Assembly (NCBI RefSeq): GCF_006345805.1
Contig: NC_042999.1
Coordinates: 126,356,001 to 126,420,000, forward strand
Length of the DNA stretch: 64,000 nt
DNA from: Octopus sinensis
Taxonomy: Eukaryota
Reading direction: 5' to 3'
Under the pieces are notes generated by a model, which was given only the letters and a program-made list of their open reading frames with translations, was not told the DNA's origin and searched no databases. The translations under genes and the position numbers were made by a program. Below are positions 51,866 to 64,000 of the stretch, one piece after another; position 1 is the stretch's first letter, and each line of letters begins with the position of its first letter.

Positions 51866-52717
51866 CATCAAGACTAATGGGCTATTTTGCCGGCAGAACC
51901 CATCCATACATGAGTTCTGACGGCAAAATAAGTTAACTTGTTACAAAGGAGATATAAATCGTGTGACGATGTACATGAAAATTGTAAAAAAAATTAGAGG
52001 CAAGAACGTTACATAATATGTGAATATATGTTAAAATTCTTAGAGTTATAGAAAATAAAAACACAAAATAAATAGATGACTATACGAAATACAGATATAA
52101 TCAAAATGTATAATTTAAAAGAAAGACATAAAAAACAGCAATACACCGACACATAAATTTGAGGAAACGCTACCGGGACTGAAAGAAAATCTCCCCACAA
52201 TTCTGATCACCTTCGTTTTTTATGTGCATAAAGAACCCGAAATGGCTCGTCTGAACACTCTGGTAAGCTTTTTGGATCTAAGAGTGGGTAGAAAGAGGCT
52301 TACAACTTCCTGTTGCCTTTATACAGCTACCTATAAACTGTTGATATGGTTTCTACTAGCTGTCTCTCTTTCCTGTGTTCTTAAGCTCTGTTCTCGTCTG
52401 TTTGCAAGATATCTTGACAACGTGCTTCTTCTGCACGTTGTTCTGGAAATCCATCAGGTTTTCAATGGATTTTTCTCATCACTGTAAATTTTAAGGCATC
52501 TGAGGAGGAGGTGAGCTTCTTGATATAAAAGCTTTTTTGCTTCTTTACATAGAATCGAGTATGAGAAAACATCATGAAAAATGTTGTGAAAAAAACAGGA
52601 GTGGGGGCGGACAGCAGCCAGGGTCAACAGCGAAAGGCCTATTGGTGCCTATATTAATCTGGCCATAATCACCACTCTCACCGCCCTTTCAGAAAATATA
52701 CTGAAGAGCTACACCAC

Positions 52718-52822
52718 TCTCTCTCTCTCTCTCTCTCCCTCTCTCCCTCTCTCTCCCTCTCCCTCTCTCTCTCTCTCCCTCTCCCTCTCTCCCTCTCTCT
52801 CTCCCCCTCTCTCTCTCTCTCC

Positions 52823-52880
<58 letters not shown>

Positions 52881-52888
52881 CTCTCTCA
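52718..52888. repeat. (CT)n / (CTCTCC)n pyrimidine tract
   Basis: Direct reading. Confidence 0.95.
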
Positions 52889-54139
52889 TAACCTTCCTTT
52901 TTAAGTAGAACTTACAAGAAATTGACGAGAACTTTGGCGAAGTGGAGTGTATCTGATCTCACTCTTTTCAGTCTTTATTTATTGTACAATCTCTTTTGCC
53001 ATAACCATTAGATTAGAGGAAAATTGCTTCCCATTCCAAAACGAAGACAGCAGAGCGACTTTCACAATAGATCTAGTTGCTAGCCATTTTTGTCCTACAT
53101 ATGTATGTGTGTTTGTATACATGCATACAAACATACAAATATATATAAATCTACATCTATATCTATATATATGCATGTGTGCGTATGCATGAGTGTGTGC
53201 GCACGTACACTTGCGTGTGCGTACTCATGTGTGTTTGTGTTTGTAAGCGTGTGTATGCATCTGTGTACGTATAGCTAGTCAAAAGAAATAACTGTGACGA
53301 TCGGAGACAGCAGCACGTTTAAATTTTCGATTAAAGCAATTTAACTTCACTTACGGTTGTAAAACCTGAGAATCGGAAACTCGACGTCGAGACAAAAGGA
53401 GAATACATTCATTGTATGTACGTACGTACATATGTAGGTATGTGTATGTGTGTGTATGTGTTTGCGTGACTGTAAGCTTGTGTACGTGTGTATGTGCGTG
53501 TGTGTGGTGTGTGTGTGTGTATTTCTGTATCGGTGTGTGTAAGCGACTGCTCATATGTACATGGTTCCATGCACCATATCAGCGTTGATCAAGTATTATT
53601 AAGTCTTCCTTCGTTGATTATTTGGTATACTTAATTACAAACATTGAGCTGAACACAGAGAACGTTAAGCTATCGAGTTACGTACAGTTCTGATACTAGT
53701 AGACTTATTTGGAAGCAGAGGACCATATGTGACTATTTCAGTTGTCATCTTTAATCCTTCATACTCATTTACTATGACCTCCCTTTATATCAGCCTCTCT
53801 CTCCCCAATCCCTCCTCTCTCAAACACGCATGCACGCACACCCACAAACACACACGAATGAAAAAGAGGCGCCAGGATTTGATTTGATTTTTTTTTTCTT
53901 GGTGAAATAATTTGATCACCACTGTAAGCAGGGGGATGAACTTCAGATGACCGATTTAATACATGTACTTTGTTGTAAAGATGAAAATTGTTGACTTTAT
54001 GAATCTAATTGTTACGACAGACATACAGGTCTCCCACAATTTTGATATTAAATATGTGCATCTGAAAAACTATTGCTACACATTACATCATACTATACAC
54101 TGCAGTACTCGACCGAAAAGTTTCAGTTGTCAATACAAA

Positions 54140-54353
54140 TATTCTTTTCTACTCTAGGCACTAGGTCCCAAAGATTTGGGGAGGGAGCCAGTCGATTAGA
54201 TCGACGCCAGTACGCAACTGGTACTTAATTTATCGACCCCGAAAGGATGAAAGGCAAAGTCAACCTCGGTGGAATTTGAACTCAGAACTTAGACAGACGA
54301 AATACCGCTAAACATTTCACTCGGCGTGCTAACGTTTCTGCCTGCTTGCCGCC
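54140..54353 (-). mobile_element. SINE-I monomer, tail b
   Basis: Reverse complement begins ggcggcaagcaggcagaaacgttagcacgcc and ends ..tagtgcctagagtagaaaagaat. Confidence 0.88.
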
Positions 54354-54357
54354 TTTG

Positions 54358-54604
54358 TCAAAAGAATAACTGGGGCACTTCGCATCTTTAATTGGTTCAC
54401 TCTTTGGACTGCGGGAACGCTTATTTTAAAGCCTGTTACTTATTCTATCAGCCTCCTTTGCGGAACCGCTAAATTACGGGAACGTAAACAAACAAACACC
54501 GGTTGTCAAGCGAATGTAGAGTACAAACACTGACACAGATCTCCCCACCCCATATGTATATATATGTAAATACGCACACACACACATATATGTGTGTGTG
54601 TATG

Positions 54605-54669
<65 letters not shown>

Positions 54670-54836
54670 TATACATATATACGACGGACTTCTTTTAGTT
54701 TCCGTCTACCAAATCCACTCACAAGGCTTTGGTCGGCCCGAGACTATAGCAGAAGACACTTGCCCCAAAGTGCCATGCAGTGAGACTGAACCCGGAACCA
54801 CGTGGTTGATAAGCTTGTTACCACACAGCAACGCCT
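54358..54836 (-). mobile_element. SINE-III with an expanded internal (TA)/(TG) repeat
   Basis: Head aggcgttgctgtgtggtaa..ggttccgggttcagtc; body gccgaccaaagccttgtgagtggatttggtagacggaaac. Confidence 0.9.
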
Positions 54837-55500
54837 AAAGTACTTGATATATACAGCAATCGGACCTGAAATACCGTGCCCTCTCCCCTCAGTTTTCTCT
54901 ATCTTCTGTACTCCATGTAAATCTGTTCTGTAACTATATAAATACCTATATAAAAAAATTAATAAGAACATTTGTTTGCAATGTTATACCGTAAAGGAAA
55001 ACTATAGTCGTCAATTAAACTTGATTAAGGGTGTGAATAACACCTACTTTGCTAGAAGTAGGAGCTAAAATACTCCACTGCTGTTATAAAGCACATAACG
55101 TATACTCTGATAGGGGCTGTAATCTCCCCGAACACCGAACCGAGAATTCCTTAGACTGACCGGCCAATTTCGGCTATTTCCGTAGTCATCATCAGTAAAG
55201 CCAGCTTGTTTGGTTATTTCCGGGCTCCCTCGCCTATCAGAGTTGTTGTGGTGAGATCCTGACACCCCTGTGGGATAGCAAATCAACTTTCCTAAACCAT
55301 ATAATGGCGCATGCGCACTGTCAGTGAAGGGCAGTGTAGTGTGTGCAAACGCTTTGTGAACATAGTCGTAGAAGTCGTTGAGAAGAGATATTGTTTGTTA
55401 CGTGTTGTTTCTGAGTTATCTTTGTATTGTTATAAGTCCACGTTATAAAGTGACATATACAGTGAGTTCAAAGAAGGACATAACAGTGTCGACGAGACAC

Positions 55501-55597
55501 AACAAGTACCAGTTGCGTACTGGGGACGATCTAATCGACTGGCCACCTCCCCACAAAAATTTTGGGGCCTTGTACCTAGAGTAGAAAAGAATATTAT
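55501..55597 (+). mobile_element. SINE-I 3' fragment, tail b
   Basis: aagtaccagttgcgtactgggg..taatcgact..ccttgtacctagagtagaaaagaatatta. Confidence 0.8.
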
Positions 55598-55720
55598 ATG
55601 AGTCTTCCATAGTAGCTTTCTCTCCGTTACTTACAAAGCCTTTCGGGTTTGTTTATAAATATTCTATGTAGTATTAGACAGTTTAAGTATATATTAACTA
55701 AAATTCACTGAAATTGATGG

Positions 55721-55811
55721 GTCAGCGTTGGGCCAATCGGATGCGCAAGGATCCGTATAAGCGTTGATTTGTGGGTTCGATCCTGCCTGAGGTTAGCTCA
55801 TCATTTTTCGG
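55721..55811 (+). pseudogene. tRNA-like Pol III remnant between ~70-bp direct repeats (55596-55668, 55896-55965)
   Basis: A-box-like TGGGCCAATCGG, B-box GGTTCGATCC, T5 run. The flanking repeat is tcttccatagtagctttctctc..tttataaatatt. Confidence 0.45.
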
Positions 55812-55974
55812 ACATTTGCTTGTATTTAAAAATTGTCGATTCAAATCGGAGAATAAATATTATTATGATATATTATTATACAGTTATTATTATACTATGA
55901 ATCTTCCATAGTAGCTTTCTCTCTGTAACTTACAAAGCCTTTCGGGTTTGTTTATAAATATTATGTTAATATGT

Positions 55975-56160
55975 ATATATTCACAAAAACAAAAAAAAGA
56001 CGAAGACAGGTGGTGTAGACAACAAACAGATGTATTAGTATAACGCTCGGAAAGTGAAAAAGTCTTTAACGTTTCGAGCCTACGCTCTTCCACAGAAACA
56101 CAGAAAGGAACACAGAAAGAAACAAGGAGAGAAAATAAAGAAGAATGTGTAGTAGCTAGC
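55975..56160 (-). mobile_element. PLE terminal-repeat remnant (family of 5760-6066) with a damaged hammerhead-like core at 56065-56098
   Basis: UUU-CUGUGGA-A-GAGC(GUAG)GCUC-GAAAC-GU-U-AAA; core A6 is replaced by U. Confidence 0.5.
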
Positions 56161-56168
56161 GATCTATC

Positions 56169-56227
<59 letters not shown>

Positions 56228-57476
56228 CATATATATGTATATGGTGTTCATAAATTACCTTTACAACTTCGACAATTTATTGTATTGTATCATCTAGATG
56301 TGCTACGTGCAACCAACGTGAAAGTGTTCTTATTTTTCTAATAAAACTTTGTTTGCTAATAAACTCTGCTGGGTTACACATATTTTTCACTTTTTATTTC
56401 CTGAAATTTCTATTTATGAAGGTAAATTATAGACACCTACTCTTAACCTCAAACATTTTAGATACTTTGTTCAAGACAGGTATCATATTGAAAAGGAAAC
56501 TAAATCTTACAATAAAAGTAAGCAAGATGAGTTTTATAAAAAGTGGATGTTTTTCCATGAGTGTGCAAATGTGAAGTAATACTCTTGTGGAAGCACAAGA
56601 GCATACTATAACTGTATCAAAATTTTATGTGTGATTGGCGAGTGAATGTATAGTGGTGTGTAGCCTTTATAATTTTTTATTTTATTTTATTCTTAATTCT
56701 TTTTCTCGCTTCTTTTTTTTTAAGTCCTATTCTCCATTTATTTTTATACAAGACTTCACAGTCTTCGATGTTAATTTTAAAATTATTATAAACACCTTGT
56801 ATATAATCCCATGTATCTTTCCTTTTTTAAGATAATAGAGTATAATTTGACCGAGGTTTATCTGCTATATCTAGCAGGCGACGTGACTACATACTACCTC
56901 TCTATACATTATATGTAATTATGAGTTATAAAATACAATGCAATGAAATATATGTAATTATAAAGATTGTGACGTGATACAGCATATTATAAAAAATACG
57001 AGTATACAATAGTGCAATACAAAATTTGTTACTCTAAGGTAAAGACTACAAAGTATTATGTCAATATAAACTAAACAATGGAATGTAATACTATATATAC
57101 ATATTTGTAAGGTATACGCAGAAGTGTAATGCAATATAAATACTTAGTTATGAAATATATATTGTAATAATGTATCGTAATAAGTTTAAGTTTATTGTAA
57201 ACAGTACAGTGTGGTGTAATATATTAAATTATAGGAAAAAATAAAGATCATTTATTGTTACAAGAATAGAATTATTGCTGGCTTTTTTTTATTTTCGCTA
57301 AGCAGAATTATTGCGGAGGAGAAGTATATTCGATTGAATCGACCCAATATATTATTCTTACATATTTTATCGTCTCCTGCAAAAATAGAGGCCATTGTTG
57401 ACATAGAAATTTTTTGTTGCTCTAACGTATAGGGAACCCAACTGAATAATCTGTAATTTTGATAAATATATGAAAT

Positions 57477-57666
57477 ATTGGTTTCAAATTTTGGCACAAT
57501 GGCAGCAATTTCAGGGGAGGGTCAAGTCGATTGCATCGACTCTAGCGTTCAACTAGTACTTATTTTATTGACCCCGAAATGTTGAAAGGCAAAATCGACC
57601 TGGGCGAATTGAACTTAGAACGTGAAGCATTTTGCCCGGTGTGCTAACGATTCTACCAACCCGCCA
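57477..57666 (-). mobile_element. SINE-I monomer, tail c
   Basis: Reverse complement: ggcgggttggtagaatcgttagcacaccggg..aaattgctgccattgtgccaaaatttgaaacc. Confidence 0.85.
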
Positions 57667-57887
57667 CCTTATAAATATATCAAATATTTCCAAGAAAAAA
57701 TAAAATTGTTGATACCTTAATTTTATTTCATTAGAATTTAGCTGAAATACCAACCAAAGTTTTCGTTACGTATTGGAAAAATTTTTATGATATATACTGT
57801 TGTTTTATGAATACCCTTACCTATTATCAAGTATTTCAGTGGCAACTGTTAGAATACGATTGTGAATACAATTTCTTTATTATTAAA

Positions 57888-58130
57888 TACCTGAATGGCT
57901 CAGAAGAGTCGCTGGAGTAACATTACTCGGGAAGGTGCAGAGTTCAGAGTTCAGGGAGTCCTTTCAAATCAAGCCGCTACTTCTCCGCATTGAGAAGCCC
58001 CAACTCTGTTACTGCGTGCATGTGGTTAAAATGTATGAGAAATGAAGTACACAACAGAATTTTACGGGAAAGACCAACTGGAAAGAGAAATTGATGTAAT
58101 TCATGAGCGAAATAGTTGGACAATATCCAT
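57888..58130 (+). mobile_element. RTE-clade LINE ORF C-terminal fragment
   Basis: WLRRVAGVTLLGKVQSSEFRESFQIKPLLLRIEKPQLCYCVHVVKM matches the RTE pattern FLRRVAG.SL.D.VRSS.IRE.L.VEPLLLRIE.SQLRW.GH..RM. Confidence 0.8.
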
Positions 58131-59249
58131 AGCTTCAGTTGGTCTTACTTAGGAACAGCCGAATCATTTTGCTGACGGCTGCTTCTGATAAGACTCTTAA
58201 GAAGGTATACCTAAAGACTTTGCTTCCACTGATCCCACAGGAATAAATGAGCAATGAAGATGAATGAAGGAATGAATATATAATTTTTTTTCTTTTTTGG
58301 TGGTGGGAGCCAATTTTAGTGTAATTGTCAACTCTTGAAATATGTAATATAAAATGCATAGAGCATTGTGAAAGGCATGACTTAAAAGTAGTACTTTTTT
58401 CATTTTTATTTCGTTTTAAATTGTTCAAAATAGTGAAATATTACCGAGGACTGTTTTATTTATTATCATTCTCTCACTCAATTATGTAAGATAAATTTCT
58501 CTTCTGCTTCGAACAGAACGGAAATCGCAAATTTGAACGCAAAATGCCAATGAACCCATTTACACCGGATATGTTTGTTGACGTTAGTTAACCCCCATTT
58601 TTTTTTTTTCATAATGATTTCTTTACATTAGTTTAACGATTAAAAGTTAATTAATACATTTGGCTCGGAATTAATAGCATTGGGATACTTACGCTGTTTG
58701 ACCTTCAGGAGTATGCATTCAACTGGACTTTAATACAAAATTCGTTATCTAACAACTGAAGCGATTAGCCGAAAGTATATCATACGCTTTAAAAATTACT
58801 CTTAGCCTAATTTTCGCGCAGCGGCCCTTGCATGTATTAATTTCAGCGTGCGATATCTTACAATCGCAGTCAAAAAGATCTGTAAAAATCATTACTTCTT
58901 CGTATATATATATTTTTTTAATTATGAGTTCATGGCAGTTCTGTCGCCAAAATAATTGTATTGTTTTCAAAACAGAAATGGTTAGAACGCCCATCCCCTT
59001 TTGTTGCGTAAACAGGGAAAGATAAATTTTGTATAAGAACTAACATTTTGCCATGTTCAACCAATGTTTAAATATCTAAAAGACTAAGAAAATTATCCTT
59101 AAAAATATTTCAGTTTAACTTAATCAAATGTCATTTCTAATTAGGCGATATTTTTAACTTCCACATTATTTTTTAATAGGTTACTAGAATCAAATATATT
59201 TAGTTTAAGAAGTCTTTAAAATCTTGAGAAATGTTTATTTAATCATGAA

Positions 59250-59277
59250 TACCCATACTTTTGGCCAGCGCTGTAGT
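59250..59277 (-). mobile_element. Isolated Tc1-like terminal inverted repeat
   Basis: Reverse complement TACAGCGCTGGCCAAAAGTATGG; partner end not found. Confidence 0.3.
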
Positions 59278-59665
59278 ATAAAAGGCATTAAGAAATTGAC
59301 GGAAATGATATTTAATAATTTGAAATTGCACCCTAATAACAAATAAGCTTCAAACAGCTGGGGTTTTGTTTGGGGGAGGTTAATCTTACGTAATTAAGGT
59401 TTTAGTTTCACTTTGCTGGTTTTAATAAGTTTTCATTGATGCTAGGTCCCTTTCGTTTTTTTTTTGTTTTTTTTTTTTGTTTTAGTTCTCTCTCTGTCTC
59501 TCTCCCCTACCCCACTCTTCTGTGTTGAAATTTCTCAAGGTCTAGCAGAAAACTTTCGTGCGTTTCACATATGAACATACCACGAAATAGGCACCAATTT
59601 TCTGCATAATAATTCCTACATATTTTATAAATTACTTCCTTTCTGAAATGAGCGATACCTATGAA

Positions 59666-59866
59666 CAATGGCTCCAAAAATTTTGTCACAAGGCCAGCAA
59701 GTTCGAGAAGGGAGTAAGTCGATTACAACTAGTAATTATTTTATCGAGCCCGAAAGGATAAAAGGTAAAGTCAACCCCAACGGAATTTGAGCTCAGAACA
59801 CGGAGACAGACGAAAAGCCACAAAGCATTTCCCCCGGCGTGCTAATGATTCTGCCAGCTAGCCACC
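59666..59866 (-). mobile_element. SINE-I monomer, tail c
   Basis: Reverse complement: ggtggctagctggcagaatcattagcacgccggg..ttgctggccttgtgacaaaa. Confidence 0.82.
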
Positions 59867-60140
59867 TTAAATTTCATTGAAATATTAATTAATATTTTTT
59901 TTATCTCATTCACCTTTTTTTGAAAGAATCTTTTAGTTTCAAATGCTTCATTCTTTATTTCCTACATTCATCCTTTTTCCATGCCTCTTTATCTCTTAAT
60001 TTTATTCTCTTTTATTTCAGATATTTTCTCCCTTTTTCTTTCTATCTCTTCCTCTCGCGCTCTCTTTTGTTTTCCTCTAATTCTCTTTCTTCCTCTTTCT
60101 CTCTCTTTCGCTATGTTTTTCCTTCTGTGTGGGATGGGGA

Positions 60141-60267
60141 GAGGTTGTGTTGTAAGAACTTTGCTTCCCGACCACATTCTTCCTGGTTCAGTTCCACTGC
60201 GTGGTACATCGAGCCGACCAAAGCCTTGTGAGTTAATTTGGTTGACATAAATTGAAAACCAGTCGTA

Positions 60268-60342
<75 letters not shown>

Positions 60343-60540
60343 GTGTGTGTGTTACTACCGCTTGACAATCGGTGTTAATGTATTTACGTGCACATAACTT
60401 ACCGGTTCTGCAAAATAAACCAGTAGGATATATATCCGGCTTCTAAAAAATAATTACTTGGGTCGATTCGTTCGACTAAAATTCTTCAAGTTGTTCCAGT
60501 ATGATTGATGCCTAATAGCTGAAAGAAACAGATAAATGAT
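60141..60540 (+). mobile_element. SINE-III, degenerate, with internal (TG)n
   Basis: ttgcttcccgaccac..ggttcagttccactgcgtgg..gccgaccaaagccttgtgag..gtcgtatac(TG)n..cgcttgacaatcggtg. Confidence 0.8.
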
Positions 60541-60547
60541 ATCGCCA

Positions 60548-60628
<81 letters not shown>

Positions 60629-60897
60629 TGAACTAACTCTCTCCCTCTCTCTCTCTCTCTCTCTATCTATATATATATATATATATATAATAAATATTAG
60701 GGAATAAATCCAAACTTACAGGGAAAAATCAGATTTAGGATTGAATCCAATTTTATAGTAAAATATTATATTATATTAAATCAGAGACAAAACCACTATT
60801 AGGCAAATCAAACAATGAAAAACTTAAGCCAATACATATGATTAATTTATATTATTTAAATATGTAACAAAATTATTAAAAAATATAATTAATATCA

Positions 60898-60958
60898 CAC
60901 TACGATCGTTTCATGCCTGCTGTCTTCAAATTTTTGAGTCGTAGTCATTCATCAGGTG
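60898..60958 (-). ncRNA. Type I hammerhead motif, sense to the PLE ORF; one extra stem II mismatch
   Basis: CAC-CUGAUGA-AUGACUAC..GCAGGCAU-GAAAC(GAUC)GU-A-GUG. Confidence 0.7.
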
Positions 60959-62417
60959 GTTTAAATATCTAAAATATAATCAATATTTTTAAGATATAAA
61001 TAATATATATAATATAATAATTTTACTTATAATAAACTCTATTATTAAATATTATTAAATATCGAAATCGACTATAATGTTAAATATTAACTTTAATTTA
61101 TAAGGTAGAAAACCCATATTCTAATATCAATATTAGTCTATATCTAATTACATAAATATTTAAAATGACTAATACATATAAATTATCAATGAAAATATAT
61201 ATAAATATTATAATCAAGATCTAAAATAATCTCTATAAATACTTGTATATAATGAAAACCTAATAAATTTAATTTTTCATATTTAAAGATGAAATAGCTA
61301 ATTTCAAAATACAAATAAACTAACTTAAACTGACTTTCAAAATCTTATGTAAAATACTAATAGAAATATTCAATTCTTAGTAATATAGTATTAAATAAAT
61401 ACTATAAGTACTATAAACATAATTATGAATGGGAATAATTATCTAATATAAATTATGCTATTAAATTAGACAATCTTTAGTCGAAACATATCTAATTTTA
61501 TCAAAGTTTATCTAATTTATTTAATATCTAATAACATAGAAAATTACGATAATTAGATCATTACATAAACAACAATATTTACATAAGGAGAATATTATTA
61601 CTCCAAAGGCTTATACAATATTAAAAATTTACAATTTGAAGATCTTAAAAAGATACATACTTTTCTTGGCGAGGTTTAAACAATGAACTAGAATTTTGAA
61701 TCAAAAAACGTCTTATACAGCGTTTATAAGAATACTCATGGAATTACGTTATTAGCAAAAAAAAAAAAAGAACAAATTGTTGAAGAATTCTTTACGCGTG
61801 AGGAACCTACGTTTATTAAAGATTATGAATGGAAAATTATATGTTTATCATTGTAAAAAGAATGAATTCACAAATAAAGAATAAAATCTCTCTATACTAT
61901 AATATTTATTAATAAAATAACTATGATAAATGAAACTTAATACAAAATAAATTAAATGATTAAAAACCACTTATTATTAAATATATTCTAAAAATCTAAT
62001 AAGATTAATAAATACATAAAAATAAATTTAAAAAGTAACCCCACTACATATTATAAATTATTTCCCATACCCTTATAATTATAAGCTAAAATTAGTGATC
62101 ATAACAAATCTATATATACTAATCAAAATTAGTAGTATAACTATACATACGTATACATAAATATATAAGAAAATATCCATACATATACATATATATATAC
62201 ATATATACACATATACACATATACATACATATACATATACATACACATATACACATACATACTCACATACATTCATATACATATATACACACATATATAC
62301 ACACACTTCCACCCATACACATATGCACACTCATACATGCATGTACATACATACAATACTCAATATATACACTTACACCAATATATACACACCCACACAC
62401 ATACAAATAAATAAATG

Positions 62418-62481
<64 letters not shown>

Positions 62482-63053
62482 TATATATTATATATATATC
62501 TTATATATATATATATATATATAGACATCATCAAATACACATATATACAAACACACACATCCAATATATTATAAATAAAAATAGATATATAAATGCCTAT
62601 AATCATACTACAATACATAATAGAGGTAAATACTAAGTTAAATCTAAAAAATTACTACTAATCTATACTTCTATATTGAATAAAATGGATTAAGTAAACA
62701 ACTAAATAAAACTATTTCAAATATAAAGAGATTACATACAAATAGATTAATATAACAAAATTATAATTTACGAAATTATAATAGAAATATAACAAAAATT
62801 TAACAAAATTTATAAAATAAATAAAATGTAACTTACCAGACTCAATATTCAATAAACCATTAAAATATTATTATTCAGTAATAAAATTTATTAATACAAT
62901 GAAAAATCATCTATAATCTAACTATAATTAAAAACAAACCTAAATAACTAAAATAAACTATTAAATATGTACTACAAATCATGGTAGATTTATAATACTA
63001 ATACATAAAACAATAAATAGGGAGCTAATTAGGCTAATAAATAATATTATTTA

Positions 63054-63398
63054 TCAAGAAAATTTATATAAGTAAAGTAACTTGTGTCTGCATTTTATTT
63101 TGCGCTCATCACGGGTATTCAGTAAATTATCATACTTATAAAATAAAATTTCCTTAAACTCATTAGAGCACAAATAACAAAAATTCGCTCCTATTGTATA
63201 TGATTTAGTTTTACTAATTATTTCCCAAGATAAATTATAATTAATATTTTGGGATTTAAGTCTCCAAATGTACTTGCTAAGTCCAGTGGAGTTAATTAAG
63301 TTTTTATTTTTAAACGAATTCAAATGTTGTGCGATTCTTAATTTTATTTTAGAGGAAGTAGACCCTATATATATCGCGTTTGAGTTATTATTATTCTT
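63054..63398 (-). pseudogene. PLE GIY-YIG endonuclease C-terminal half (5'-truncated)
   Basis: Open frame NAIYIGSTSSKIKLRIAQHLNSFKNKNLINSTGLSKYIWRLK..LSWEII..CYLC..LLNTRDE..CRH. Contains the YIG motif, R..H..SF and the Cys/His tail of PLE endonucleases (my impression is Naiad-like). Confidence 0.85.
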
Positions 63399-63433
63399 AT
63401 TAAAAATATTGATTATATTTTAGATATTTAAAC

Positions 63434-63494
63434 CACCTGATGAATGACTGCGACTCAAAAATTTGAAGACAGCAGGCATGAAACGATCGTAGTG
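63434..63494 (+). ncRNA. Type I hammerhead ribozyme motif with canonical core
   Basis: CAC-CUGAUGA-AUGACUGC..GCAGGCAU-GAAAC(GAUC)GU-A-GUG. Palindromic loop 3; inner hairpin tcaaa/tttga. Confidence 0.8.
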
Positions 63495-63625
63495 TGATAT
63501 TAATTATATTTTTTAATAGTTTTGTTACATATTTAAATAATATAAATTAATCATATGTATTGGCTTAAGTTTTTCATTGTTTGATTTGCCTAATAGTGGT
63601 TTTGTCTCTAATTTAATATAATATA

Positions 63626-63660
<35 letters not shown>

Positions 63661-63679
63661 ATATATATATAATATATAT

Positions 63680-63721
<42 letters not shown>

Positions 63722-64000
63722 ATATATATACAGAGAGAGGGGCGATAGAGAAGATGCACTTGCCCTCTCTTGCAAAATGTATGCATATATACATCGACAA
63801 CAGACGAGCATACAAAAAACAAAAAACTATACACTTATCGTATGCAAATTATTAGCTCCAGTCTTCTGTAGATACTGAAATGGTTGAGTATTGAAGCAAA
63901 CTGGCAGCTTCTTCCTCCGGGATTAGTCAGATTGATCAGAATCCAATAAAATTCAATATTCGATTAAAGGTGTTCCTCATTTTTTCTTTGCCAAGTATCC

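Larger units (their letters stand above)
60690..63628 (-). mobile_element. 5'-truncated Penelope-like element with an inverted 5' terminal repeat
   Basis: ~230-bp inverted repeats (60763-60992 and 63399-63628, 3 mismatches seen), both with hammerheads, enclosing a GIY-YIG endonuclease C-terminus. (TA)n lies at both ends. Confidence 0.85.

Noticed and set aside
51683-51877. Poly-N/poly-Q ORF suggesting a transcription-factor exon
   Set aside because: Entirely (AAT)(CAA)(CAG) repeat with no complex coding flank.
63054-63398. Selenocysteine recoding, as reported for some Naiad PLEs
   Set aside because: No in-frame TGA in the fragment and no SECIS identified.

Overview
AT-rich, microsatellite-saturated eukaryotic nuclear DNA. 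It is most likely from an octopus (coleoid cephalopod); this is inferred from repeat content, not from a search. No host gene can be called with confidence, and most ORFs in the track are simple-repeat artefacts. The window is a nest of decayed mobile elements: four tRNA-headed SINE families (my labels SINE-I to SINE-IV), fragments of Tx1/L1-, R4/Dong-, RTE- and CR1/L2-group LINEs, an internally deleted mariner, a Helentron-type non-autonomous element, and several Penelope-like (PLE) remnants. Three patterns stand out. (1) Type I hammerhead-ribozyme motifs from distinct PLE families occur as inverted pairs that always face outward and mostly end in (TA)n (5.4-5.7 kb, 45.7-46.3 kb, 60.7-63.6 kb; a decayed case at 0.26-1.1 kb). 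One pair brackets a GIY-YIG endonuclease fragment. (2) Two SINE-LINE 3'-tail partnerships are visible inside the window, one with a covarying terminal hairpin. (3) SINE-I forms concatemers with swappable tails, and its (ATT)n tails host R4/Dong-type insertions in a fixed orientation. All family assignments come from reading motifs by eye, and coordinates are approximate to a few bases.
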